Part shown: piece by piece, positions 46,994 to 62,454 of the stretch
How the letters are laid out: each line of letters opens with the position of its first letter
Numbering within the stretch: position 1 is the stretch's first letter
Origin: Hormiphora californensis
Taxonomy: Eukaryota; Animalia; Ctenophora
Reading direction: 5' to 3'
Assembly (NCBI GenBank): GCA_020137815.1
Contig: CM035361.1
Location: forward strand, 2,170,001 to 2,234,000
DNA: 64,000 nt
The notes under the pieces: model-generated
The model's database searches: none
The model's input: the letters and a program-made list of their open reading frames with translations, nothing else
Told to the model about the DNA's origin: nothing
Position numbers and translations under genes: made by a program

Positions 46994-48475
46994 TGAAAGA
47001 GAGACATAGAGAGAGATAAAAATCAGAGAGGGAAAGATAATGATGAAACCCGGATAGGGCAAAGGTGTCAGTTTGACAACAAAATGGTCACCTTTCCAGC
47101 CAACTAATTTCTGTTAGTTTTTGGCATATTGTCCTTACCGTATCTTTAGTTTTCTCCTTGTCCTGTTTGAACTGTCTCAGTGTGCCCATCAGAAGACTAC
47201 CAAACAGCCTCTTAGACCTGGAAATATGGATTGAATTATTGAACTTTGTAAGGGTAAGGGTTTAAGGTTTGGTCTGAATTTTGGGAAAGTTCCAGTTGCC
47301 TAACAATCTAGCTCACTTGAAACCTGTTTAACATATTTCCTACCTGTTGAGGTTCTTGGAGTCACTAACAACAGAGCTGGCGGAGTCTCTGTTCAACACT
47401 GGACACGTTACGGCTGACATCAGTGCAGGCTAGGGAATATACACTGGGTCTAAACCAAATCAAAATGTCGAAATTCCAATCAATGGTATCAAATGTTTTA
47501 CTGTGTGGCCCAGAACGTTTGATCCCTGTCCCGTATTTTGGATTCGAACAAATCTTCAAAGCAGTTTTCGCTAAGAACTGAAAGAATCCTGAATTCCAAC
47601 CCTTACCGCGTCATTCTCAGTGGTCTCACCCTCCTCTTCTTCTTCTTCCTCTTCACTGTTCTTTTTGGGAACGGGCAATGGACCCAACCTACTGTGGGGT
47701 ACAGGGTAATGGTGTTAGCAATAGAAGAAGAAGAAGTTAGTAATAGAGTACAGGGTGGTGGGATTGATCAATTCAATAAATAAAGGTACTAGTACGATTA
47801 CAGTCGGACCCCGATTTAGTGGCATCCTCGGAGGAAAAAATCCTGCCGCTAAATCGGGTCCGACTGTACCTAGCAACGGAGGACAGAGCCTTTTTAACAG
47901 GGGGTTCGTCTTCCTCTTCTCCAGTCTCCTCGCGGAATCTGCACGGGATAAAATTTTAACTAGATTTATTATTATTATTAGGAACCTCCGGGACAAATTT
48001 AGTCTCTTTTAGGGATCAAATGTGAAATGATAACACTATCATAGTCAATTTTCATAAATTTCAGTAGAATTTAATGAGTTACCTCTGAATGCCGGCTATT
48101 CTTCCTTCTAGTCGGCGTCCAGGTCTTCCGCCACCCCTGCCCCCTCTTAGCCTGTGGGATACATATAGTTGTTAGAACAAGGTAGTGATACAGTTTACTC
48201 ACCACCCCCGGGCCTCGATCATGTTACTCACCCTTTATTCATCCCGGTCCCCCTCGAACCTTAACTCCTTCCCCACACTCACCCCCTGGTTTTAACAATA
48301 CTCACCCCCTGGTTTTAACAATACTCACCCCCTGGTTTTAACAATACTCACCCCCTCCTCCCCCCTGGTATTTAACTCACCCTCTGTTGGCACCAGTTTT
48401 CCTAATGCCCTCCTCCACACTACGCAGGTTGTCCCGTGCCCGTTCCAGCTGCTGCTGTAGAACCTCTACCTCCAT
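41828..48475 (-). CDS. PNN: Pinin (SDK/memA domain, RS-rich C-terminus), about 11 exons
   Basis: N-terminus MEVEVLQQQLERARDNLRSVEEGIRK (ATG 48475); memA motif SKRLFGSLLMGTLRQFKQD (47139-47217); FIRTKSKPYIYYLP (43316-43452); long RS/SP-repeat last exon 41828-42650. Confidence 0.9.
43173..43310. repeat. 12-bp tandem repeat (ctgttcccacct, ~11 copies) abutting a Pinin donor site
   Basis: Direct reading. The minus-strand unit aacagaggtggg resembles the junction aaca|gtgagtggg. Confidence 0.9.
43627..43782. repeat. Dispersed repeat, second copy at ~55121-55283
   Basis: Near-identical ttctaaaaggggttaaaatgg...ccggtctcccatgggggagaagattaataaattactgcattgatt...taagttaatg. Confidence 0.85.
44299..47127. 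mobile_element. Composite intronic element: ~600-bp foldback + core + 71-bp terminal inverted duplication
   Basis: Arms 44299-44901 and 44958-45563, each containing a ~163-bp tandem duplication; core homologous to 26394-27215; arms 46731-46801 and 47057-47127 around a GA microsatellite. It fills almost the whole Pinin intron. Confidence 0.75.
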
Positions 48476-49519
48476 ATTCTACTACTTCTTATACACAGGG
48501 ATAGGGGTTTAGTACATTAGGGAATATAAATAGAAGAAAAGGGGATGAGTGTTAGAGAATGAGTACAGTATAGGGAGATCAAGGCGGGTGTTAGGTACCC
48601 TGACCTCTACTGCACTTCACAGGGGAAGATAAAGTACAGTATGGGAAGAGAAAATAGGGAATGAAGTTCAGGAAAATAACCACGTGTATTTCTCGCAGAG
48701 GAAAATGTTAGCAATATTCTACAAAATCACAGACACACACAACAAAAAACAGACACTCGAATAAAGACCAACTTTTATAACTCTCCGTCCCGCAGTCTAG
48801 TTTCAACACGAGCTATTGTAACAATCCTTCTAGTATTTCTAAATCTCTCTCTCTCTCTCTCTTTAGTAAAGGTAAAGATCTCACTTTGTGTTCAAAGACT
48901 TAGAATACGTATTTTCCAAACAATACTGAGTTTGATTTCAGGGAAGGTCAATTTACGTGAAGCTTAAATCAATTTGGATTTCGATGAGCATATTCAATTC
49001 AAATTTTAGGGCAAATTACAGTTCCCCACCCTTGACTCGTCCCTAGAGAAGCAGCTGTGATTTCCAGCCTAAAGACCTCGCTGCCCGAATACTACCAGGT
49101 CGAAAAAATCAGCTACTTGGCAGGTGCCGGCTAATCGGTGGTGTGTTATGTTCTAACTCTCCTCTACATTTGTGTGGGGTGCAGTGAGATAGGGCCGAAC
49201 AAGGCAACGGTGGTGTACACTGCTCGTTCTTTATAGTCTATAATATTTGATACCTTTAGCCATCAAGTCACCGTTTTAAGTGGGAGAGTTAATGACTTCA
49301 AGGCACGTTTCCTTGAGCGTATGATCTACTTAACAAAAAGAAGAGTAGATCGACAACTTTGAGTTCTCTAGTGCACTATACAACTCCAAACATTATGAAT
49401 ATCGAATATTATTATAACCTTTGCTTTTTGCCTTTACTTTCATCATTTTGTAGTTGCTATACTAGTTGTTTTGTTTATTACCCGAAACTAACGCTCTTAA
49501 TTATAGCGATTAGCGAATT

Positions 49520-50560
49520 ATGATGGCTACCACGGAAAGCTTCGTATCTGGAACAGAAGAAAAAATTCCAATCGAACTATGTGCAAAATTCTTTGTACTG
49601 CCTTTGAATTTCGCGACGTGGGAGGTTATTTGGTGGCCGCTTCTGGTAGCATTTGTTGTATTTGCAACCTTTGGAACGGTGGTTAACATCACCTCTTTTA
49701 TCTTTTTCAAACAACAATCAGGACTGGGAAACCGATTTCAGGCAATGCTGAACATCGTGGACTTTGTGGCATGCCTTTATTTCATTACCGTTGCGATTCT
49801 CGGCTTTTCGACAGCGGACCTGGGTAAAAATCAACCACCAATCACAAAAAATCTTGATATTTTTGGAAAAGAGTTTTACACTCTCCTTATCCTTATTTCT
49901 GGCCTGGTAACAGTCAATCTTTCCGTTATCAGGGCAATTCTTAGCACTAAACCCTTTTACGAAATCAGGAACCGAGTTGTCTATGCATCATTCCTCGGTA
50001 TTTCAATCCTATTTTTGGGAATCACGATAGCGGATGCAGTAATAATTGAAGCTCCAACAAAAATGCAGCTTCTTTTTGAAGTCAACTCCTATCCCGCTCT
50101 GATAAAGTTCCAACTACCAGCCGTGCTTCTAGAAGCGATTCCAGCAACCCTCCTGATGTTTATACTAGTGGTGTCTTCCCTCCTGACATGGAGGGTTCTC
50201 TCCAAACCACGCAACCATCTTAGTAACCACCCTAGTAACCATCTTTCCAATCACTCCCACGCTGCAACCACTGCTCTCATTATTTCCACTGTGCATGTGC
50301 TGTGTGCAGGGAGTATTGTTACAGCACGAGGCTTTATTCGACTAAACACATCCCACTTTGCTTGCCAGGATGATTATGAAAACCATCTCGCACAACTTGG
50401 AAAGGTCTCTATTTTGAAGCTGGCCAACTCTGTCTTAAATCCCCTGATTTTCATTACAAGGAGCAAGAGCCTGAGGCTTTGGATTATGGGACTTTTTAGA
50501 AGAGGAACACAGAATGTAACACCACGTGTTGTTATTACGAGTACTACTACCAGTGCTTAG
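49520..50560 (+). CDS. Intronless rhodopsin-like (class A) orphan GPCR
   Basis: 346 aa with seven hydrophobic segments; GTVVN (TM1), LNIVDF (TM2), NLSVIRA (DRY-equivalent), ANSVLNPLIFITRSKSLR (NPxxY-equivalent and helix 8). Confidence 0.88.
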   Translation: MMATTESFVSGTEEKIPIELCAKFFVLPLNFATWEVIWWPLLVAFVVFATFGTVVNITSFIFFKQQSGLGNRFQAMLNIVDFVACLYFITVAILGFSTADLGKNQPPITKNLDIFGKEFYTLLILISGLVTVNLSVIRAILSTKPFYEIRNRVVYASFLGISILFLGITIADAVIIEAPTKMQLLFEVNSYPALIKFQLPAVLLEAIPATLLMFILVVSSLLTWRVLSKPRNHLSNHPSNHLSNHSHAATTALIISTVHVLCAGSIVTARGFIRLNTSHFACQDDYENHLAQLGKVSILKLANSVLNPLIFITRSKSLRLWIMGLFRRGTQNVTPRVVITSTTTSA

Positions 50561-50986
50561 TTCCTATTACAGAGCCTGTAGTACAGACTACAGTTGAGGT
50601 AATATTGACTATGATAAATTGAGAGACTTTAATAACTGAAAATACAGCAACAAAAGCTCCCAAAATTTGACCTTCCCTGGAATAAAACGTGGGACTTATA
50701 CCAAAGACATGTTGCTCCTTTTCTCACACAATAATAACAGACAAATATTTACATCCATTCATACATTCAGTTATTTCAATAGAAAAAACAGCTACAAGAA
50801 TAACATGCAGAGACTCATGCCAAAACGCATCACATCAAGGTTCCAGTAAATTGGAGACCGACTGGACATCTCATCCCATCTCTCCCATTCCATCTCTAAA
50901 ATTATCGGACAACAAAGCTGTCTCTTTCTCCCGATTTTCTAAATTCCAAATTCCCAATATATTATCTCAAATGAACATCCAAGTCC

Positions 50987-53900
50987 TCACATGATTCCCC
51001 CGGTAAAATACTGATAATTATCATACAACCTTGTCGTCAGGGATCTTAATGCCTGGTTTACCATCCCCTCAATTTGTTGTCTCAGCTGATCCTCAGTGAG
51101 GGCTAGGAAGAACCGTGATTCCAGGTCGTGGACGGTGGCTGCACGGCGGTTAAAACACGGCCATTGAGATCCAAGTTGCATTATCTCTACTATCAACTTG
51201 ATCCTGCGGCGGAGAAGGGTTAGATCATTTGAAAGGGATATAGAGCAAGAAAAAGATTCCTTGAGAAAGGGGAAGAACGAGTTATTATGACCATATTTTA
51301 AGAATTTTACTCAAATATACGAATTGCTTATTGATATAAATTATAATGTTAGTCGTTATAGTTACCGGTCATAGTGTTTTCTAGCCATAAGAAATCCTTT
51401 CAGCATCAAAATCTTGAAATACCTGAATACAAAAGTGATTTTATTATCAAATCTCAAAAAATGATGTTGTTATATCCTGATCTGCAAATCTGACTAACCT
51501 AAACATGTCGCTATCTAATCTGACTCACCTAAACATATCACTATCTAATCCTCCCATTACATCAGCATACTCCTCAGTCAGCTTGAAAGGTGAGTTCTCG
51601 AACCCAATGTTCTTCCCAGGTGAAGCAGATAACATGAATCCATAGTCAATGTGTATTATATGACCCAAATTGTCCAATAAAATATTCCCGTTATGCCGGT
51701 CTTTGACCTGGACAAAATAACAAAAGAGCGAGTAAGCGGCCAGCGAGTGCACAAAATTTTTCTGAGCCGAGAGGAAGTTTTCTGAAGTCACCGGTCCGAA
51801 CTCCTGAATAAAATAGCCCTGTAGAGGCATTTTGGATTGTTTCTTGATTTGGTGTAACGACACCGTGTTTGGGATGAGTTCAATAAACCCACAATCATCG
51901 CTCGCAACGACCACATTAAAGGGCCTCAACCACAGCTCCAAACTCTCCTCCGACCAGATATTTTGGAATAACTTCAGGAGTTGAGTTGCAACCACTTCCT
52001 GTCGCAAATCATCCCCACATTTAACGATACAGCTGTGAAGTTTCCAACCTGGCAGGTGGCCGTACGGTGAAAACTTGCGGGTTCGCTCCACCGTGTTCTC
52101 CCAGGGCTCTTTCAACCGGGAGGCTGAGGGATCAGTGTTGTCATATGAGAACTTCCCCACACCCCCATTTTCAGAATGTGCGGACAAGTTATTTCGGATG
52201 ACACCAGCTGATATTGTCTGAATTTCATCTTCCCCTGCCGGTTTAATCGGTGTCCCTGGGTCTGCTGAAGATCTGGAGCATCTCAACGGAAGAGGTTCAT
52301 CCGCCCTGGTACACTCTACAAACTCTATTGACACCATGTAAGGGACGCGGTCTTTTGAGTTTAGGACGACTCCCTGATTAGGTGGTATTCGGACCACATC
52401 ATAAAACTGGCTGGATATTGTAGGAACTTTCACCCGGGCAGGCAGGTTGAGGTTTATGATCCCCAACTCCGCGTGGAGTTTATCCATTTTACCCTTTTTG
52501 TCGGGGATTGGACCGAGTTTGTCGCAGATAGCAAGGAAAGATTGGACGAAGTTTTGGAGGACGCCTAGACGGGATGGACTTGCCCGGGACGGCCAGAATC
52601 CGGAGACTGGCTCGTGGAGGGAAAACGCGTTACCTGAAAAATGGGAGGGTAAAACAATGGAAAACTAATTTTTCACAGCTGCTGAGGAGCACTTGAGTAT
52701 GAGCAAGAGATGACTAACAATTTTACTGTTCTTACCCGCAGCCAGGGATGATCTGTCAAATGTAAATGGTGCTCGTATCAGTGCTGTGTCATCGGACCTT
52801 GACCTGGAAATACATAATGATTAACTAGTGGGGGTAACTCGTGGGGTAATTATCGGGGTACTCACATGATAACCTGCTCGAGACATAGTCAAACCCCATT
52901 CAAACTCTCCAGTCTCTCACAAATCCCCCCAGCCCCCAGCCCCCCCACATTATTTATATTATGTAGTATCCCCCAAGGCCAATAACGAACCTGGTATGAG
53001 TTCGCACAAAAGGGACAGGAGCAGTGGAGACAGGTGCAGGTGTTGCCATAACATGAAGAGACTGGGTGGAGGCACTTCTTTTCATCATCGATTCAGCAAT
53101 CAGGGAACCTGTGTGGGCGTGTGAGATTATTATTATTATATCTAAAATTACACAATTAACATAATCCAATGCTTCCCTCTTATTTGCCAGGAGTGTGTGA
53201 GTAATGGACAAATGAGGTGCATCTGTGTAAGCCTTCAAGTTATTCATACAGTATACATTCTGGTATAGATTATAGAATGTACAAAGTAGGAACAAAGTAG
53301 GAACCAGAGGGGGGTCGACCGTTTTTGACCCCTATTTTTGGACCATTTTTGGGGTTACCATCATGTGATAGCGCTTGAAGAAAATTATATGTATACGCTA
53401 CAGTTGATTGTTTGCGGACACAGTAACCGGCGACTCAAACAGTTAGTTCACAGGTCTTTGACCTTTTTTAGAACTTTGATAATCGGTACCTTGTTAAATA
53501 TCAATTGACAACTTTCAGTGAAACTAACGTTCAGGAGAAGTAATGACGCCTCTTCTGCTCTTCATATCATTGCTAACTACAATATCTTGAAGGCGAAGTA
53601 CTCTACGTTTTGCTTCAGGGTTCATCCACGTGTCCCGGGCACAGGCCTTCAACCAGCCGACCTGGTAACAATATAATGATGTAATAAGTTCAACCATCCA
53701 ACCTGGAGTGGGATTCAAAGTCTTATTTAGAACTTCGTCAAAATCATCTTTGAATACGTTCACTAAGTTAGTAATTGTACAATGTGTGGACATGTTGTAT
53801 GATCATGATACAGTTTGTACATTGATATCAACTCACCGTCTTGAGGGCAAAAGCATCATCATTCAGACATCTGCACAGCAGATACGGGTGGATTGAATCA

Positions 53901-54216
53901 GCAACATAGGAGAAGTTAATGTAGAGATGGAGGAGTTGAGGTAGGAAAAACTCTACGTCAGCCTCGGGGAGTTTGAAGAGTTTTTCACTTAGGTATTCTC
54001 TTACCTATAGGGTGGATTATATTGGTTAAAAACCAATTATAAACGTTAATTGGGAGATAATGGGTACATTTAAATTTAGTAAAATTAAATAAATAAACTT
54101 AAAGTTAGTATGTATGATCGTACCTCAAGAGACTTGGTATGGAAAAGGTAGTGGAGAGTTAGATACGCATTTCCATGTTCAGAATCCAGGAGACGAAACA
54201 AACTTTCATTCGACAT
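50987..54216 (-). CDS. PI4KB: Phosphatidylinositol 4-kinase III beta, about 8 exons
   Basis: N-terminus MSNESLFRLLDSEHGNAYLTLHYLF followed by DVEFFLPQLL. Kinase motifs LNSKDRVPY, IVKCGDDLRQE, QVKDRHNGNILLD, HIDYGFMLS, FENSPFKLTEEY. C-terminus SLTTRLYDNYQYFTGGIM. Confidence 0.96.
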
Positions 54217-54346
54217 GGGTCATGTGTAAAACTAGCAAGAGATGAAATTATAAAAACAGTATTTCTCTCTTTTAATCGATCAAGAGATGCAATTATCAAA
54301 ATAGTATTTCTCTTTTTTCCTAACACTACGTCTGTTAAAAAACAAT

Positions 54347-54923
54347 TCAAAAGGGGTATGGAGTTATAGACAGCTTCAAAGGATTAAAATGTGACACCTC
54401 CATTTCATATGTCGTTTCTTGGAAAATCTCAGACGTGGAAATCATTTTGAAACCATTTTTCTCAAAGAATCTCATACTAGCAGTGTTAGAGTTTGATATT
54501 TTAGCAGAAAATTTTGATATCTGAGGAATATTTGCCGCTGCGTAACTAAGCATCAACATCAGTGCTTCGGATCCTATACCAGACCGTGATAAACTCCTCT
54601 CGGCGACCATGATATTAATTTCAGCATACTCGGGGGAGAAAATAAAAAGTAAATTAACATCTCCAACCATTCTCTGGACATCAGACTCGATCGTTTCTGG
54701 GACTTCTTGGCCGCTGATCACAACAAAAGTAAGCTTATCTTCATCTTGGGCCCACGATTTCTGCATCTCATATTCCTTCCTCTAAAGACAAGGGTTCTGA
54801 TGCGGTCAGTTCTTGGAGTTCTTTGTCCTGCATCCAGTGGTGATATCGCTCCACGTGATGGTCACGGTACGGGACGAGAGAAATCTTATCTCCTCGAATC
54901 ATAATTCCTTGATTTATCTTCAT
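54347..54923 (-). CDS. NAT9: N-acetyltransferase 9 (GNAT), intronless; apparent +1 frameshift at ~54776
   Basis: MKINQ...LVPYRDHHVERYHHWMQDKELQELTASEPLSLEE, then (shifted) EYEMQKSWAQDEDKLTFVV...MVGDVNL...AEINIMVAE...FQETTYE. Confidence 0.92.
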
Positions 54924-55809
54924 CGTGCCTATTTAGTATTTGAGTCTTGAACGCTAGGCAAGGGACGCGATTAAAATCTAGGTCCATTGTACACAAACTA
55001 CATTTACTTGACTGACCAACATTATTTTAAATCAGCAACCATAACCCGCCTCGAGTCTCGAACGCTCTAAGCCGTCTCGACTGCCAACGCCCAAAACCGA
55101 TAAATTGTCAGCAATTTTGTTTCTAAAAGGGGTTAAAATGGGATTAGATAACAATACCAATATAAAAATACCGGTCTCCCATGGGGGAGAAGATTAATAA
55201 ATTACTGCATTGATTAAAATTGATATAATTGGGTAGAATTAAAACTTAAAAGTATTGTAAAATAAGTTAATGGCATTAAGTTCACTCTTATACTGCTTCG
55301 TTTTGGTGAATTTATTGCCTCTATGCCCTCTCAAGCTGATAACGGTTGTTCTGAGCAGGGTGAAGGACAGCCGCTGCCTAATTGGACAGCCGCTGCCTAA
55401 TCGTCAGCAATGCAAGGGACCCAGATTTTAAAGTTTACACATGGGATGTTTTTCCTTGGTACAGGCTCCTTGGTTGAGGCTAATGTAGCACTTTTTTATG
55501 TTTTCTTAGCGATCCAGGTTTTAGACAAAAACGACAAAAATTTCGGAAAAGCTGATCAACGAAAACTCGGGGGCGCTGTTACGATCTGGGTGTTTGGTGG
55601 CCTGTTTATACAATACAATACAAAATAAACATTTATAGTCCGCTCTTTAACTGTCCGTTTAACGGTTCAGCACAAGTTCTGCTGTTGGAAGAAGAAAAAT
55701 TCATCATTCCATCTTCTTTCATCCCCAACAGCCCTCGCTCCAAAAGCGGCTAGTTTTACTACAAGATTATGATTTTTTTCTTATCTTCTGAAAGATGTTT
55801 TGTTAATAT

Positions 55810-56295
55810 TGTTTACAGGTGCGCGCTACCAAAAAAGTTGATTCACTAAAACGGCTCTAACCGCCGAACCACTCAACCGTTTTGGCTAATTCAAAGTTTA
55901 TGTGGTAGGCAATGTCAAGGCCTAACCCCAACCCAAACACCAGCCCTAACCCTAACCCCACTTTAGCCCTAACCCTAAAAAACCGTTTATCAGCACTCAC
56001 AAAACACCCAGATTTTAACGGGGCGCGATTATAATCTGGGTGCCTTGCAGCGTGTTTACAGGTGCGCGCTGCCAAAAAAGTACACCTACAACCACTTAGA
56101 CCGACTTTTTTCAAACGGCTATAGCCGCGGAACCACATGGCCGATTTGAGTAAACTAAACGGTATCTGATAGAGAATCGATAGCCCTAACCGATAACCCC
56201 AAACGAAACCCTAACCCGACCCTAAAAACAGCCCTAACCCGTCTCGACCGCCAAAATCCATGAATTGTTAGCAATGGAAGGCACCCAGATTTTAA
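55810..56295. repeat. Interspersed element region with degenerate CCCTAA arrays
   Basis: Two related ~240-bp blocks (tgtttacaggtgcgcgct...aaacggct...cctaaccc...cacccagattttaacg). Confidence 0.6.
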
Positions 56296-56310
56296 CGTTT
56301 TCCATTTTAT

Positions 56311-56602
56311 ACTCCATTTTTTTTCAACTGTTCACCCCCCAAAGTCGTGCGCGGAATTGTTTTGCGCGTTTATCACATGTTAACGTGTAGCGCGCGCCAC
56401 CCAAATTCGAATTTTTTATCAAATTTCAGTTTTTGGGTGAACAGTTGAAAAAAAAATGGACTTTAAAGTGAAAGCGAAACAACAACGAACTGGCTGCGCG
56501 TCGCGCATTCGTTGCGCATAACGATCTCACCGGAGAGATTCACATGCGCAACGTTGCGGAACGCGCAGCCGCCAGCCAGTTCGTTGTTGTTTCGCTTACA
56601 CT
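56311..56602. mobile_element. Two adjacent Kolobok-like MITEs sharing one TTAA
   Basis: 56311-56462: tccattttttttcaactgttcaccc/gggtgaacagttgaaaaaaaatgga. 56467-56602: TTAA|agtgaaagcgaaacaacaacgaactggctg ... cagccagttcgttgttgtttcgcttacact|TTAA. Confidence 0.75.
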
Positions 56603-57819
56603 TTAACGCTGGCCAAAACTCGGCACGGTGAGCTCGGATCCGCATGCGCGGCGCCGCCGCAGACGATATTTCAGCGCTGCCAAAAAACGTAACGCGCGAA
56701 GCATTGTAGCGATATCGATGCCATCCAGATTTGCCTCTCGCGCGGCGAAATAAAAAAGTTTGACTCGACCAAAAATTTTTGACTCCACAGTCATTTTTTA
56801 CGGAGAATTTGGCATGCGCTGCAGACCCCAAGTGCGCGCGTTTTCCACGGCTTCAGGCTTTAGGGCCTGTAGCATAGGCCAAACGGAGAATCGTAAACGT
56901 GTGCGAGGAGTTGAAGGTGGTGCATTCTCTCCAACAGTTCCGTTGTTAATGAATACAGCGGGCAGGATAACCAACGAGTCTCAGTCACTCTGAAGTGCGA
57001 TGACGGATGAGGGCCAGGGACGGCTCTTTCATGTCGTCGATGCACCTGGTCAGTTATTTAAAAATAATAGGCAACTTTTTTAACCGAGCAGAAGCCTTTC
57101 CCCCGAACTAGCTTATTTTTAGCCAATTTCACTTTAGCTTACGCCCTTTCTATGATCTATCGGCAACAGTGCACTCAGATTGGGTACACCCCACTACTTC
57201 AGCACATAATAACTCAGTTAGCTCTGAAACTTCTGTTCTTAGTATCCCTGTCGGCTTTGAAACAAACTAATAATTGTTAAAATCAGTAACTCTCAGGGTC
57301 ACACAATCACACGTGCTTGAGCTAGCGACATTCAAGAAAGTTTTGACATGTGATCCGTGTGCTTGGTTTTGTTTAAAATATATTTCATTTCGTAATTATA
57401 TTGATTGTTTTGCAATTGTTACCGTGGTTTTAACATTATTGAAATTAATGAGTTTATAAGCCTAGAACAAGGCTTCCTTTTTTTGTTATGAAACAAAACT
57501 TTCCAATCACGAATCTAACGCGGTGGCAGCTGTATAAAAGGCCAGCAACTCAGCTCACTTTGTTAATTATTTAAGTCCGCTCAGTTTTGTCTGAACTTAA
57601 ATTGTTGCAGTTCTATCATTGCTAATTGTCGTCATAAAATCGGATTTGCACAAATCAAGCTTTGTATTAGAGTCAATAATTTACTGCCTACTTTTTTCAG
57701 TTCGGTACCAAGGGGTGCTCTTTTTCGGGGATTGCTCCTTCTAACTTTATCGATAAATTCACCAGCCTAACTTCTCTTTTTCTAACGCTCAACAATTGTT
57801 TCTAGATTTTTATAGAGCG

Positions 57820-61534
<3,715 letters not shown>

Positions 61535-61998
61535 GTACTTAAGTTGTAATCATGGTCCCCGGAGAAATTGTTACTTTAACTAACGAGAGAACTTCCTAGG
61601 ACGAAGATGCTGCTGCAATGAAGAGCTATCAGGCGAAGAGACAGAAAATCTTGAAGGATTCTGCTGCTGAGGCTGTCGGTGCCAGAACGGTAAGCACATA
61701 ATACAATGAATATACCATTCCTACCCATACTAGTTATGATGTCATATTCAACTTTCACCACAACTTTGGAATTCCCTTTCATCTCTAGTTGTATAGTAGA
61801 AGTTGTAGTAACTGCCAACTGGCTCGTTGACGAATGTTTGGCGCTAAAATCTCCCTCACAGTATATTAGTCGGCAGGAGGTTAATGGTTGCCATTACAAT
61901 GTCTCACTTTATTCATTACGTAGGGTGGAGTTGTAGCTCCATACGGTCTGCTTGGTGTCTTACCCCTCCTTTTAGCCATTACCCTGTCGTCTAAATGT

Positions 61999-62079
<81 letters not shown>

Positions 62080-62454
62080 ACTCCTGATGTTCAGCTGTGA
62101 TGTTGTATAGGAGTGGAATACACATGCAACCGGGAAGTGTTGTACCCTATCCCAGTACAAAGCGCAGAGGAATTAACCAAAAATATCTCCACCTAGGCTC
62201 ACCCACAGGGAGCTCTGCTCCTACTGCTCTCTCTTGCTTCTTCTCTCTAATCTCTCTCTCTTCCTCTTCCTCTCTCTTCTCGCTCTCTCTCTCTCCTCAT
62301 TCTCTCGCTCTCTCTCCTCTCACTGCTGTCTGGTCGGTTCACGGTGAGGGGACCGCTCTCTCCCATCTCTATCTCAGACCTTAGCGCCGTCCCAGTAAGG
62401 GGAGATTGGTGAGAGACAATATCTATTTGCGTATAAGGGGTACACAAGGGGAAG

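Noticed and set aside
55915-56240. Interstitial telomere (CCCTAA)
   Set aside because: The units are short, degenerate and embedded in a duplicated interspersed element.
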